From a virus (Duplodnaviria; Caudoviricetes): DNA of 57,109 nt. A model generated the notes under the pieces. The model worked only from the letters and a program-made list of their open reading frames with translations, ran no database searches and was not told where the DNA came from. The translations under genes were made by a program, and so were the position numbers. The DNA lies in the IMG/VR virus record IMGVR_UViG_3300050343_000003, positions 1 through 57,109 of that record. One strand, written 5' to 3'. Shown piece after piece: positions 1 through 10,203 of this stretch (position 1 is the first letter of the stretch; every line of letters begins with the position of its first letter).

Positions 1-422
1 CTATATATAACCACAATCCAAACACAGGTAAAACATACAAAGGTAAACCCTCCGATGTAAAAGCTGGTGATATTATAATATTTAATAATAAACTAGATGG
101 CACACGTCAGGATAATGGAGATTTTAAATACCCAAATGAAGCTCCAGGTAAAGGGCATGTTTCTGTTGTTTTAGAAGTAAGAGATGATGGATCTATTGTA
201 GCTCTAGGAGGTAACCAATCAGCAGGTGCTACTTCCTATATAACAGGAGGAAAGTCCAAAGGAGGTATAAGAGCCTCATTGTATACTCCTGAAATTATGA
301 AACAATATTACAAAGGTGGTTTTAAAATAAACAGGCTAACCGACACTTCCTTAACACAAGCTGATCCAGAGATAGTAGCTGCTATAATAAAAGATGCTGG
401 ATTAGGAGGAGATGGACAATAA
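1..422 (+). CDS. C-terminal part of LysM/CHAP peptidoglycan hydrolase (continues from 55558..57109)
   Basis: Frame from base 3 reads IYNHNP...KAGDIIIF...KGHVSVV...ALGGNQS and ends at TAA 420-422; GD-IF/GHV/LGGNQ are CHAP (TIGR02594-like) motifs. Confidence 0.85.
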   Translation, partial: IYNHNPNTGKTYKGKPSDVKAGDIIIFNNKLDGTRQDNGDFKYPNEAPGKGHVSVVLEVRDDGSIVALGGNQSAGATSYITGGKSKGGIRASLYTPEIMKQYYKGGFKINRLTDTSLTQADPEIVAAIIKDAGLGGDGQ

Positions 423-423
423 C

Positions 424-846
424 ATGTTTGGACTACCACTAGAACTAATAACAATGCTTTTCTCTACCGTACTAGGTGGAGTTATGTCTTTAATAGGACA
501 GAATGCTAAGAATAAAGCTGAACAACAAAAGGCTTTAATAGGTGCAGTCAACGAAGCCAGAGAGCATGGTAGTAAAGACATACACTTTGCATGGACACGT
601 AGGATCATAGCTTTATCTGCAGTCTTTGCTATTATTGTCTTGCCAAAGATGGTAGCTGTATGGTATCCTGACGTAAGCGTTATCGTAGGTTACACAGAAG
701 TACATGGCGGTTTATTTAACTGGCTATTTGGTGGTGACGGTACAGTACAATGGCAAGCTGCACGAGGTTTCGTTATCACACCACTAGACACGCACATAGT
801 ATCTGCTATAGTAGGCTTATACTTTGGTGCAGGATTTACTAAATAG
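424..846 (+). CDS. Membrane protein, possible holin
   Basis: Two to three hydrophobic segments; directly follows the hydrolase; ATG at 424 just after the upstream stop. Confidence 0.5.
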   Translation: MFGLPLELITMLFSTVLGGVMSLIGQNAKNKAEQQKALIGAVNEAREHGSKDIHFAWTRRIIALSAVFAIIVLPKMVAVWYPDVSVIVGYTEVHGGLFNWLFGGDGTVQWQAARGFVITPLDTHIVSAIVGLYFGAGFTK

Positions 847-855
847 GAAAACAAA

Positions 856-1386
856 ATGAAGACATTAGCAATATTTGATCAACCAATTCCAGGACAGTCT
901 TTAACAGGTGAACCTAAGAATAATCCTTGGGAACAACCAGCAGAGATGTCCAGTGTAGAAGATGTTACTATGTTTTATATAGAGAGCATGGCTAACCAAG
1001 ATGTTATAGATGATCTGGCTGCTGTGTGTCAGGCAGGGTTATCTCTCAAGCCTATAGTAAATACTATTGTAGGTGCAGGTACTATGAATGGTATCCACTC
1101 AGTTGATGTAGCTATGCTAGTCAAGCCTATTATACATGAGTTCCTAAAGCAAGCCATTACAAGTTTAGGTGTTGAAGTTTCAGATGATGGTAAAGATTAT
1201 CAGAAGGAAGCAGAAGACAGAGAGCTACAACGTTTCCAAGCTATAGTAGGTGGATACATAAAAGATAATCCTGATGATGGTTCAGATCCAGGAAAAAGAA
1301 TGTTAAGTGATTTGGTTGAAGAAGAGCCAGAGGAAGAAGACACACCAGAAGAGAAGCCAATGGGCTTGATGGCGAAAGGTTTATAA
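856..1386 (+). CDS. Hypothetical virion-associated protein
   Basis: 176-aa ORF with AGGA RBS, in the internal-protein block. Confidence 0.6.
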   Translation: MKTLAIFDQPIPGQSLTGEPKNNPWEQPAEMSSVEDVTMFYIESMANQDVIDDLAAVCQAGLSLKPIVNTIVGAGTMNGIHSVDVAMLVKPIIHEFLKQAITSLGVEVSDDGKDYQKEAEDRELQRFQAIVGGYIKDNPDDGSDPGKRMLSDLVEEEPEEEDTPEEKPMGLMAKGL

Positions 1387-1387
1387 G

Positions 1388-2902
1388 ATGGGATTTAATT
1401 GGAAAGCTTTTGGAGCAGCCTTTTTAGACAAGCAAACAGAGGGTATCAAGAAAAGAAGAACTGATGCTGAAGAGTTTGAAGATAAGGAAGAAGAACTAGC
1501 CAAAGCAAATAGGAAAGCAATAGCTGATAGAACTCTCTTAGCAAGTGAGTATGGACAGATGGCTGAAAAAGCTATACAGCTAGGTGCTACTAAAGAACAA
1601 GTCATGGCTGCTATGGGTTCTGGTGCTATGGGTATAAAAACTTTCTATGAGAAACTATTATCTGCAGCAAATCAAAAAGGTATGCAAACATTAGGTTCTT
1701 CTGATGTAGAAGCTATTATAGATATGCCCGAAGTGTTTGAAGTAAACCCTGCTTACATAGACATGAAAATTGGTGAGCTTGCTAAGATACAATATGGTGC
1801 TAAGATGGACCCAACTCTTGCAGCAGAACAATCAGATGTTCAATCAAGTGATAGTATACTTGCTTCCATGTTTGGTACAAATGCTATGGGCCAAGCAAAG
1901 CAAAGATTAGGAGACACAACATTTATGGGTAACATGTCCATAACTGATGTAAATGAACTAGCTTCACAGGCAGAGTATAACTCTCTCTTTCCTAACTTAG
2001 GTGTTAACTTTTTTGACAGAGAGTTCTATGGACCAGAGGCAGCAGGAGAGTTTGTAAATGATCTTAGCAACATAGAATTAACTGCTATTGATACCAAAGC
2101 ACAAGCACGTATAGATGCGGCTAAACTAAAATTTAATCAAAAGATAGATGAAGGTAGTGAACTATATAATCCAGATTTTAAACAAAGAATGCAAGACTTT
2201 GTACACCCTGATGGAAGAGTAGGTTACACAGTCTTAGACGCAGAAGATGATGCTAGAGAAGAACAGATAGGAAATGCAGCAAGAGCAATAATAGATACTA
2301 AGATTGGGATGTATGGACAGACTGGTCTATTTGACCATGAGCCTTCCGTAAATCTAATGAAGAGACTTATGGGTGAAGAGTATGTAGTAAATCAAATGAG
2401 GGAACTTGGGTTGTTACCTGATGAAGAAGAAGAGGATAACACTACAGCTACTCTCAACGCTGAAGCTGATGCCTCTTCATTAGAAGATTTAATGTCAACA
2501 CCAGAGGGGGATACAGACGATAGCCAACCAGAACAAAGCAACAACCAAGAAGAAAATACCCAAACGGAAGCGCCCGATCCAGAAGCTCAAAAAGAAGCGT
2601 TACTTGCTAAAACTTTTCCTAAAAGACCGTCTAGTTTAAGTGCTAACAGGGTAGGATGGGATAGAGACTATAAGGGTAAGGTAGATCCTAAGTCTGGTAA
2701 GGTAATCATTGCACCACCTAGACCTTCTGATGGTGGAGAAAAAACTAAAGAGATACCAGTAAGAGCAGGAGGTATACTAAATGCTCCTACAGGTAAAATG
2801 AAAAAGGTTACTGAGGCTGAATACTGGGATATAACTTATGGCGAAACCCACGATCCTACTTCTGGACTACCTTTTGGCTATGAAGCATTATTAGAGGACT
2901 AG
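1388..2902 (+). CDS. Putative internal virion protein
   Basis: 504 aa, acidic and helical, tightly packed at end of structural arm. Confidence 0.55.
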   Translation: MGFNWKAFGAAFLDKQTEGIKKRRTDAEEFEDKEEELAKANRKAIADRTLLASEYGQMAEKAIQLGATKEQVMAAMGSGAMGIKTFYEKLLSAANQKGMQTLGSSDVEAIIDMPEVFEVNPAYIDMKIGELAKIQYGAKMDPTLAAEQSDVQSSDSILASMFGTNAMGQAKQRLGDTTFMGNMSITDVNELASQAEYNSLFPNLGVNFFDREFYGPEAAGEFVNDLSNIELTAIDTKAQARIDAAKLKFNQKIDEGSELYNPDFKQRMQDFVHPDGRVGYTVLDAEDDAREEQIGNAARAIIDTKIGMYGQTGLFDHEPSVNLMKRLMGEEYVVNQMRELGLLPDEEEEDNTTATLNAEADASSLEDLMSTPEGDTDDSQPEQSNNQEENTQTEAPDPEAQKEALLAKTFPKRPSSLSANRVGWDRDYKGKVDPKSGKVIIAPPRPSDGGEKTKEIPVRAGGILNAPTGKMKKVTEAEYWDITYGETHDPTSGLPFGYEALLED

Positions 2903-2903
2903 T

Positions 2904-5900
2904 ATGGCAAACTATTTAGAAGCTCAACGTAGAATAAATGATATTATGAGTGGTCCTGATGTCAGGGTTACACCTGATAGAGAAGAAGATTTCTACATAG
3001 ATAAGAATGTTACTCTCAAGAAGGATGATCTAAAGAAGGGTCAGAACCTAGCTAAGATACGTAGGTATATGGTAGGACGTAAAGGTGTTGGCTATAAAAA
3101 CAAAAACGTAGAAGAAACTGTAGACGATTTTGTACAGCACATGCGGTACTTCAATGCTAACACTGTTAGTACTACAGGTGAACTAAGGTTTATAAATAAA
3201 GCAGACGATAATATGAAGAAGGTTGCTGGAGATGCTTATCAAATATATGAACAGCTAGGTAATGTGTTTCAGAATGATGGGGCTATGGGTGCTGTTGATG
3301 GCGTAAAGGATTACATCTTTGCTGCAGCTAAAGACCCTACTAACTATGTAGGTCTTATTACTGGTGGTGTTGGTAGACTTCTTGCAGGTAGCTACACAGT
3401 AGCAGGTAAAAAGATTGTACTAGATGCAGTAAAGAGAGCAGGACTACAAGCTGCAAGAGATGGAGCCAACGCTACACAGATTAGAAAAGCAGCAGAGAAA
3501 GCTGGGATGCAAGCAGCTAGAAGAGCAGCTAAAGCAGGTCTATCTAAAGGTCAATCTAAAAAAGCAGCAGAGAAAGTAACACAAGAGGTTACTAAAGAAG
3601 GACGCAGAAAGATAGCACTGGATGCCATGAAGGGTAAACAGGAAGCATTATTTGACAAAGCAAGAGGCACATCTTTAAAGGTAACCGTAGGAGCAGACGC
3701 AGGTTTTGCTATGCTACAGGATAGTCTAGCACAGAAGACATTGATGGAAGCTGGCGCTCAAGAACAGTATAGTAAAACACAAACAGCTTTCTCTTCTTTG
3801 TTGGGTGGTGTAGCAGGTGCAGCACAGTTAGGCTTCGGTAAGTTTCGTGGTTTGTCAGGACTTGAAGAGCCAACAAACACATTAGAAGATATATCTAAAG
3901 CTGTTATAGAAAGTAACTCAGCTATACTCTCCAGACAGGATGGTAAAAAAGTTACCAAACAAATGCTAGAAGACATTGAGGCATGGAACTCAAAGGTAGA
4001 CAGAGGTTTAAAACTAGAGGCTGCTGTTATGCCATCTGATTTGTTCTCTAATATAATGCTAGGCTCAGATGGTAAGGGTGGATTAGCAAAGCTTATGAAT
4101 GATAGAGGCTTGAAGATACACTCTAATAAACTAACAGCAGATGTGATAACTAATGTAGTTAGGTTTCTACCTGAAGAGGATTTAATAAAGATTAACAAAT
4201 CCTTGGGTAAATATACAGAGCTAACACTAGGAGAGATGGCAGATACCAAAGGTATTAACCTAAGAGATCTACTAGCAAAAGATTCTAGTGAAGCAGGTAA
4301 AATCCTTAACGTTCTATCACAGTCAAAGCGTATTATTAACTCAGGTATTGTAGCTGCTGGTAGTAGTACTAAGAAAACTTTAGAGGATGACATAGCAGAG
4401 GCTACTAAAGAAGTAGACAAGATGAATAAATCACAGCCGTTAAAGTACGGACAGTCTGTATGGAAACGTTTACTTGTTTCATCTCCTGCTACTACCATGA
4501 TTAACGTAGCTGGCTTTGCTCAATACTATGTAGGTCAGAGTATGGCTGACTTGTTTAACTTTGGTATGCTAAGTATGAAAGCTCTTGGTCAGTCAACATA
4601 CGATACTACTGCTGCTAGAGAAACAATGAGACAAGCACGTGCGTATACACAGATACAATCACAGAAGTTTAGAAACTTACTAGACCCATACACTACACAC
4701 GATTCATACATGAGGTTCTTAAAAGAATCTAACAACGAAGCAACACGTAAGAAGTTATTCGAAACTATGTCAGGTGGTGTAGAAGTTCAGGGTGAACGAT
4801 TCGGCATGGACCCTAATAGCAAACTATTTAGAAACATAGAAGCTGGTTCTAACGCAGCAAGTAATATATCTGGTGTACGTATACAGGATAGCTTTACTAA
4901 GTCTCAGATGTTTATGACTGAGATGGATAAGTATATGCGTATAAATAAAAAGATGACTTTAAGGGAGGCCATAGAAAAAGGAGAAGAGCCTGACCTAGAA
5001 GTTATTCAAGGTGCGTTGGACAGTACACTCAAGTCTGTATTCTCTAAGGATTATACAACTACAGAACAACCAGAGCTACTACGTACTGCTGCTAAGATGG
5101 CTGAAACTTTTTCTAACACTCCAGGTTTTGGTACACTTCTACCATTTGGTAGGTTCTTTAACAATGTTATAGCTACTGCTTATCAGTGGTCACCACTAGC
5201 TGCACCTCAACATCTATACAGGTTTACTAGAAACCTAACAAAGCAAGAACCAAATGTAACAGACAGAGATGCTTTCGCACGTATGCTTGTAGGCTCTACT
5301 GCATTAGGCTTGTCTATGGAATATGACAACGAAAGAAGAGAAAAGAATTTAGGTGTATATGAAGTAGATGTAGGTGGTGGTACTATTGTAGATGCCAAGA
5401 ACACCTACCCATTCTCTCTATGGCTTGCAGCAGGTAGGGTACTAAACACTATGAGAAATGGTGAGCAGGTATCAGCAGACTTACAAAGAGAGATAGGTAC
5501 ACAGTTAGCTGTTGGTCAGCTTGCACGTGACACACAGTTTGCTAACGACATAAACAATATGTTAGATGTGTTAACTAATGTAGACATAGACAAGAGAGCA
5601 GCAGCTATAGATGGTATGTATAAGGTTACTGGTAACTTTGTAGCAGGTTTTACTAGACCACTAGATGTACTAAACAAAGCTGTAGGTTTTGCTACAGGTA
5701 CAGACACAGCTAAAGATGTACGTCAAGCTGAAGGTATCAATACATTTACACAAACTTCTACCAAATATGTTGACAATATAATAGAGACATTCATTGATTC
5801 GGTAGACGCTATAACAAATGATACTTTTACAAAGCTTGGACTAGGTGGTGAGGATTCCATAACAGGTAAGGAGTTATCTGTAGCTACCAGATCAGGAGAG

Positions 5901-6410
5901 GTATACGATGCTAATCCTTTTGCAAGACTGTTTGGATTAACAGTAAAGCCTAGCAAGACAGCTACAGAAACGGTATACTCTATGGCTGACATGGCTCCGT
6001 GGAAAGCTAGTGAGAGGACAAACATACCTGCCTATGATAAAATCTTCAATGGTATGTTAGCACCTATGCTTGAAACTTACACACAAGATTTATTAGACAA
6101 TCCTAGATTTCAAGACGCAAACATAAAACAAAAGCGTGGTATGCTAAAGAAAAGAATATCTGATGTTAAATCTATGGTACGTGAAAGTATGGATAGAGGC
6201 TACGCAGGATACCAAGGTAGCGTATTAAATAAAGCAACTACATTGACTAAAAGATTCAATAAAGAAACTAGAAGACAAGCTCTTAGAATGATGAGAGAAG
6301 ACTATGGAATTACTGGACAACTAGAAGATCTAAGCTTTAGAGAACTTGAGTTGTTCATGCGCTATGCAACATACCTTAAAGATGCAGAGGACGAGGTAGG
6401 CAAGCTATGA
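2904..6410 (+). CDS. Large putative internal virion (ejection) protein
   Basis: 1168 aa, Ala/Gly-rich helical; last gene of structural arm, as is usual for podoviral ejection proteins. Confidence 0.6.
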   Translation: MANYLEAQRRINDIMSGPDVRVTPDREEDFYIDKNVTLKKDDLKKGQNLAKIRRYMVGRKGVGYKNKNVEETVDDFVQHMRYFNANTVSTTGELRFINKADDNMKKVAGDAYQIYEQLGNVFQNDGAMGAVDGVKDYIFAAAKDPTNYVGLITGGVGRLLAGSYTVAGKKIVLDAVKRAGLQAARDGANATQIRKAAEKAGMQAARRAAKAGLSKGQSKKAAEKVTQEVTKEGRRKIALDAMKGKQEALFDKARGTSLKVTVGADAGFAMLQDSLAQKTLMEAGAQEQYSKTQTAFSSLLGGVAGAAQLGFGKFRGLSGLEEPTNTLEDISKAVIESNSAILSRQDGKKVTKQMLEDIEAWNSKVDRGLKLEAAVMPSDLFSNIMLGSDGKGGLAKLMNDRGLKIHSNKLTADVITNVVRFLPEEDLIKINKSLGKYTELTLGEMADTKGINLRDLLAKDSSEAGKILNVLSQSKRIINSGIVAAGSSTKKTLEDDIAEATKEVDKMNKSQPLKYGQSVWKRLLVSSPATTMINVAGFAQYYVGQSMADLFNFGMLSMKALGQSTYDTTAARETMRQARAYTQIQSQKFRNLLDPYTTHDSYMRFLKESNNEATRKKLFETMSGGVEVQGERFGMDPNSKLFRNIEAGSNAASNISGVRIQDSFTKSQMFMTEMDKYMRINKKMTLREAIEKGEEPDLEVIQGALDSTLKSVFSKDYTTTEQPELLRTAAKMAETFSNTPGFGTLLPFGRFFNNVIATAYQWSPLAAPQHLYRFTRNLTKQEPNVTDRDAFARMLVGSTALGLSMEYDNERREKNLGVYEVDVGGGTIVDAKNTYPFSLWLAAGRVLNTMRNGEQVSADLQREIGTQLAVGQLARDTQFANDINNMLDVLTNVDIDKRAAAIDGMYKVTGNFVAGFTRPLDVLNKAVGFATGTDTAKDVRQAEGINTFTQTSTKYVDNIIETFIDSVDAITNDTFTKLGLGGEDSITGKELSVATRSGEVYDANPFARLFGLTVKPSKTATETVYSMADMAPWKASERTNIPAYDKIFNGMLAPMLETYTQDLLDNPRFQDANIKQKRGMLKKRISDVKSMVRESMDRGYAGYQGSVLNKATTLTKRFNKETRRQALRMMREDYGITGQLEDLSFRELELFMRYATYLKDAEDEVGKL

Positions 6411-6599
6411 TATATAGCTATGCCCTGCCCACATCTTACACTCAAGGAGCTTATCTCTAGCTTTCTTGCGCTGGTCATTGTCCTCAAGATTATCCAATAA
6501 AAATTTATCTACTACTCTTATAGCATCAGTCAAGTCTTTCTTGAACTGATTACGCTTGGCTTGCATGTAGTTTGTAGCTTCACGTTCCAGTTTCATCAA
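6405..6599 (-). CDS. Small helical protein, Acb2/Tad1-hairpin-like
   Basis: 64 aa; C-terminal RKKARDKLLECKMWA resembles the A-x-x-KL-x-E-x-x-MWA pattern. Confidence 0.4.
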   Translation of the reverse strand: MMKLEREATNYMQAKRNQFKKDLTDAIRVVDKFLLDNLEDNDQRKKARDKLLECKMWAGHSYIS

Positions 6600-7168
6600 G
6601 CTGCCTTTTCTAAATTTACTGATAGTTTATTTAATACATCTTTAGCCTGTTCTATACTTATCTTAAACCATTCACCTCTTTGTTCTTCAGCTATCTTAGC
6701 TGCTGCTTTATGTGCTTGTGCTTCTGATACACGTCTATTGTTTGACACAACCACATGCTCTAGTGAGTAGTCTCTAAAGGGGCTACTAGTCTGATAGCCA
6801 TTACATCTATCATCAGCATCAACAGCCATGCCTATCTTGACCCACTCAGGCCAAGCAGGATTAGTTATGGCATACACGTACCCCTCTTTAATAGAGTCTA
6901 ACTTATATGTACCATCAAAGGCTGCATCACTAAAAGTTTTGTAGCGTCCAGGTTTGTATAGTGGATGTTTACGTGATATGTATTTACCATTTACATACAT
7001 GGCAAGAGGATTATTTATAAGATTTTTTTTATCATTACCCTTAGTATTTGTAGCAAGATATTTTTTATTAAAACAAGGCTTGCACATTTTGTTGCCGTTA
7101 TTTTTTCTCCAACTTGGATTCCAGTTACTTTCATTTAACTCTACATTACAATGCCTACAATTAGCCAT
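6596..7168 (-). CDS. T5orf172/MUG113-type GIY-YIG-like protein with N-terminal CxxC...CxxC
   Basis: GYVYAITNPAWPEWVKIG...R...YQT...E...H...GEWF motifs; CRHC and CKPC. Confidence 0.8.
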   Translation of the reverse strand: MANCRHCNVELNESNWNPSWRKNNGNKMCKPCFNKKYLATNTKGNDKKNLINNPLAMYVNGKYISRKHPLYKPGRYKTFSDAAFDGTYKLDSIKEGYVYAITNPAWPEWVKIGMAVDADDRCNGYQTSSPFRDYSLEHVVVSNNRRVSEAQAHKAAAKIAEEQRGEWFKISIEQAKDVLNKLSVNLEKAA

Positions 7169-7169
7169 A

Positions 7170-7367
7170 CTATACCTCCTGTGGTATCTGGGTACACCAT
7201 ACCCAGTAGTCTGCTTCCCACATAGACTTAGGTCTAGTAGCCTCTAAGTATTTGGTACGTGCAGACACAGCAGCATTACACTTTTCTCTGTTTTCATATA
7301 AGATGTTGTCGCTCATAATCAATGGCTCTCCATTAAATATAAAGAGCGCTACTAATACCCAAGACAT
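7170..7367 (-). CDS. Hypothetical protein
   Basis: 65-aa ORF packed in operon. Confidence 0.6.
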   Translation of the reverse strand: MSWVLVALFIFNGEPLIMSDNILYENREKCNAAVSARTKYLEATRPKSMWEADYWVWCTQIPQEV

Positions 7368-7370
7368 ATA

Positions 7371-7487
7371 CTATTCCTTTGCTTCGTAATACTGTTCTAC
7401 TTTATCATTGACCCAAGGTTCAAGATACTTCTCTGCTATTGAGCCTACTGCAAAGTAAGCTATTACTGCTGATACTATTACTTCCAT
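7371..7487 (-). CDS. 38-aa membrane peptide (not in ORF track)
   Basis: MEVIVSAVIAYFAVGSIAEKYLEPWVNDKVEQYYEAKE*, AGGAG RBS, fills the gap. Confidence 0.6.
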   Translation of the reverse strand: MEVIVSAVIAYFAVGSIAEKYLEPWVNDKVEQYYEAKE

Positions 7488-7495
7488 GATAACTC

Positions 7496-9394
7496 CTATG
7501 TTATATCTACTACTTCACACACGTCACCAGAGCAAGCAAATGTTTGACTGGACTTCGTGTTGTCTTCTTGTTCATACTCTGAAAGTTTGTTCCAGTCAAT
7601 CTTTTTCGGCATGGTCTTGAGTAATTCTTTATACTCTTCCTTGCTGCAATCTTGATAAGGAGCTTGCTGATAGGTATGGTCTGAGTGTGGTAGGAAAGAT
7701 ACACCTGACATTTCGTCAAAGTGTTTATAGACAAAGGCTCCTACCTCAAGCCATTCATCATCACGCACTGATATCGTTACACTAGGTTTATGCTCACACC
7801 AATGTCTTTGGTAAGTAAGCCAAGTCTCTAGCTGTTCAATAGCAGTCATGTCGTTGCGTGTTATAGCATTCTCTGGTGATCGTACAGGAAAGCTGAACAC
7901 TGTTGTAGTGTCACCCTTGAATACACAAGGCTCATTAGGTACACCGTTGTCAATCATAAACTGTGTAAGTGGGTCTTTATTATCACCTCGTACAGTACGG
8001 ATGTAATATGGAGAGTGACGAGCATGTATACCACTGGCACTGTCCACCAACTGCGAGACAGTACCCGAAGGTTTGACGCAGGTAATAGCAGCAGACTGAG
8101 GTATATCAAGCAAGTCAGCGTATTCATGATTAGTAGCCAGTGCGATATTCCGTAAGTCATCTAATAGCTTCTCCAAGTTAGAGTTAACAGCAGTCATCAA
8201 TGGGTTGTCCATGATACCTGTCAGCGACACACCAAGCAATCTCTCTTCTTCAGTATTACGTTGCCACACTTTACGCAGGTACGGAAACTTTGTGTACGAG
8301 CTTTGGATTGTGCCAAGTATTGTGGCGACTTTGACTTTACGCTCCAAGTCTTTAAGCGTATCAGTGGCACGAACAACAACTTCCGTAAGATTACAAAACT
8401 GGTAGGGTCTAAGTATGATCTCACTGCATGGATTAGTTCCGAACTGCCAGTCAGGATCACGCCTACCATACTTAGCAGCCTGTGCTTTAGATGCTTCACG
8501 ATTAAATATTCCCCTCTCTCCTGACTTACTCTCTACTAATGCTGTCCACTCACGCATGAATGTTTCTATGTCTGGCTTCTCTGTGTATGATACAGAGTTG
8601 TTAGCTAATGCTCTGTGTGGTGCTGTCTCCCACCACTGTCCTGACTTAGCGTGACGCATACGATCATCACTTAGGTTAGACAAACTAATCATGGCTGACC
8701 TACGTACACCTCCTACTACAACTATCTGTCCAATGAAACACATCAAGTCGTGGCATTCCATAGAGGTAAGCTTACGTCCTTGTGCATTCTTAAACGTGTT
8801 GACTGAGAAGTTAAACAACTCGACAAGAGGTCCAGGACCACTGGCTCTACCACCAAACGTCTTGAGCCTAGCACCTGCAGGACGTACACGAGTGACATCC
8901 CACTTGGGTATCTCACCTGCCCATAGTAATGCTAGTAGCTGACGGAAAGACTTAGCCCAACCTTCCTTGCTATCCTTAACTACAATGGTAGTCTCGCTGT
9001 CAAACAACTCAGGTACTTCAGGTAGCTGCTGCACGAACTGACGCTCAACACTGAAGCCTACACCTGTACCACACAACAGTATGAACATAGCCTCATCGAA
9101 AGACTTAGGGTCATCGACAGGTAGGTATGAGCAGTTGTACCCTGCTGTGTTATCTCTGTCCAACGCAGGACCACTAGTCATCATGGCCCTCATGCTTGGC
9201 ATTACATCTAACCCTATGATAGCTTGCTCTATCTGGTTAACCCATGAGTCGTTGCCTAGCTTCGGACGTACCACGTTATCAACGTAGCGCCCTACTGTCT
9301 CAGCCCATGACTCACGGCCTTTGCCATCTACATACTTAGCGTAGCGTGACTGGTGTATAAAACTTTGATAGTCTGTTGGTAGTAAGTTACTCAT
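7496..9394 (-). CDS. nrdJ: Class II (adenosylcobalamin-dependent) ribonucleotide reductase
   Basis: YNCSY, TNPCSEI, KPSGTVSQL, C-terminal ACSGDVC cysteine pair; no beta-subunit gene present. Confidence 0.9.
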   Translation of the reverse strand: MSNLLPTDYQSFIHQSRYAKYVDGKGRESWAETVGRYVDNVVRPKLGNDSWVNQIEQAIIGLDVMPSMRAMMTSGPALDRDNTAGYNCSYLPVDDPKSFDEAMFILLCGTGVGFSVERQFVQQLPEVPELFDSETTIVVKDSKEGWAKSFRQLLALLWAGEIPKWDVTRVRPAGARLKTFGGRASGPGPLVELFNFSVNTFKNAQGRKLTSMECHDLMCFIGQIVVVGGVRRSAMISLSNLSDDRMRHAKSGQWWETAPHRALANNSVSYTEKPDIETFMREWTALVESKSGERGIFNREASKAQAAKYGRRDPDWQFGTNPCSEIILRPYQFCNLTEVVVRATDTLKDLERKVKVATILGTIQSSYTKFPYLRKVWQRNTEEERLLGVSLTGIMDNPLMTAVNSNLEKLLDDLRNIALATNHEYADLLDIPQSAAITCVKPSGTVSQLVDSASGIHARHSPYYIRTVRGDNKDPLTQFMIDNGVPNEPCVFKGDTTTVFSFPVRSPENAITRNDMTAIEQLETWLTYQRHWCEHKPSVTISVRDDEWLEVGAFVYKHFDEMSGVSFLPHSDHTYQQAPYQDCSKEEYKELLKTMPKKIDWNKLSEYEQEDNTKSSQTFACSGDVCEVVDIT

Positions 9395-9600
9395 TTGTCT
9401 TCCCCTATATTTGTTGGTGCGTACACCTCTCCATTATATTTACTTCCTGTTGCACCTTTACCTGTCTCCACTCCATTATTGCAGCCTACCACAACTACTA
9501 ATAAAAAAGCTGTAAAAAAGTATAGTGTTCTCTTTGACCAAAGTATAAACAGTTCAAATGTTTTCTTTGCTTCTATCTCTGCTGATTCCCTTGGTGTCAC
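9391..9600 (-). CDS. Hypothetical membrane protein
   Basis: 69 aa with one hydrophobic segment ending VVGC; overlaps neighbours by 4 nt. Confidence 0.55.
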   Translation of the reverse strand: MTPRESAEIEAKKTFELFILWSKRTLYFFTAFLLVVVVGCNNGVETGKGATGSKYNGEVYAPTNIGEDK

Positions 9601-9674
9601 TTGTAGTACCTATTCCATATGATCATCACAACTATCCAAAGAATTATGGTCATACCTAAATGTATCTGTGTCAT
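9597..9674 (-). CDS. 25-aa hydrophobic peptide (not in ORF track)
   Basis: MTQIHLGMTIILWIVVMIIWNRYYK*, GTGA overlap with next gene. Confidence 0.45.
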   Translation of the reverse strand: MTQIHLGMTIILWIVVMIIWNRYYK

Positions 9675-9679
9675 GTCAG

Positions 9680-10036
9680 TCATCTGTTATCCCCACTTCC
9701 CTTTATAGTTCCTCGTTCTTTTCTACTCTTTAACTTAGCTAGGTTATTCAACGCTACCTCTGCCATGTCTATCTCTAAGTCACGACACAGTGCAGCAATG
9801 TACCATAGCACATCACCTATCTCTGCTGCTATGTCTTCTTTGTTAAACGTATCATCACGCAACATCTTCTTGATTTTACCTTGTACTTCACCTGCCTCAT
9901 TACCCAAGCCCAACGCAGGGTAGATGATAGGGTCAGTATAGATAGCAGTCTTTACTGCTTCCTTTTGGTAGTACCCCATGTCCATAATGGGTGATTGCAT
10001 GTCTGCGAAATGGTCTATGTCTTCCTGTGTTATCAT
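9680..10036 (-). CDS. mazG: MazG-like nucleotide pyrophosphohydrolase
   Basis: LGLGNEAGEV...AEIGDVLWY...NLAKL..R..RG.I.GSGDNR. Confidence 0.9.
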   Translation of the reverse strand: MITQEDIDHFADMQSPIMDMGYYQKEAVKTAIYTDPIIYPALGLGNEAGEVQGKIKKMLRDDTFNKEDIAAEIGDVLWYIAALCRDLEIDMAEVALNNLAKLKSRKERGTIKGSGDNR

Positions 10037-10203
10037 TGTCTCTCCTTCACTACTAGATTCTGTATCTTTATATCATCTACATCATGCATGACATTACTTA
10101 CTAAATCATACACGTCTTCCTTATGACCTTCTTGGTGGGAGGATAAGAAGTTATTCTCTTCGTCTACCTCCATCATATATGTAACACTAAACTTACGTTT
10201 CAT
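10033..10203 (-). CDS. Hypothetical protein
   Basis: MKRKFSVTY start, ATGA-type coupling to neighbours. Confidence 0.6.
   Translation of the reverse strand: MKRKFSVTYMMEVDEENNFLSSHQEGHKEDVYDLVSNVMHDVDDIKIQNLVVKERQ

Noticed and set aside
3758-6025. Long antisense ORFs opposite the 1168-aa gene (similar ones oppose nrdJ, portal, nozzle and 53391)
   Set aside because: Shadow frames caused by codon bias; no RBS or motifs, Ser/Leu-rich
7496-9394. Intein or intron in nrdJ, polA, helicase or terL
   Set aside because: Protein lengths are ordinary and no splicing motifs or embedded endonuclease were seen
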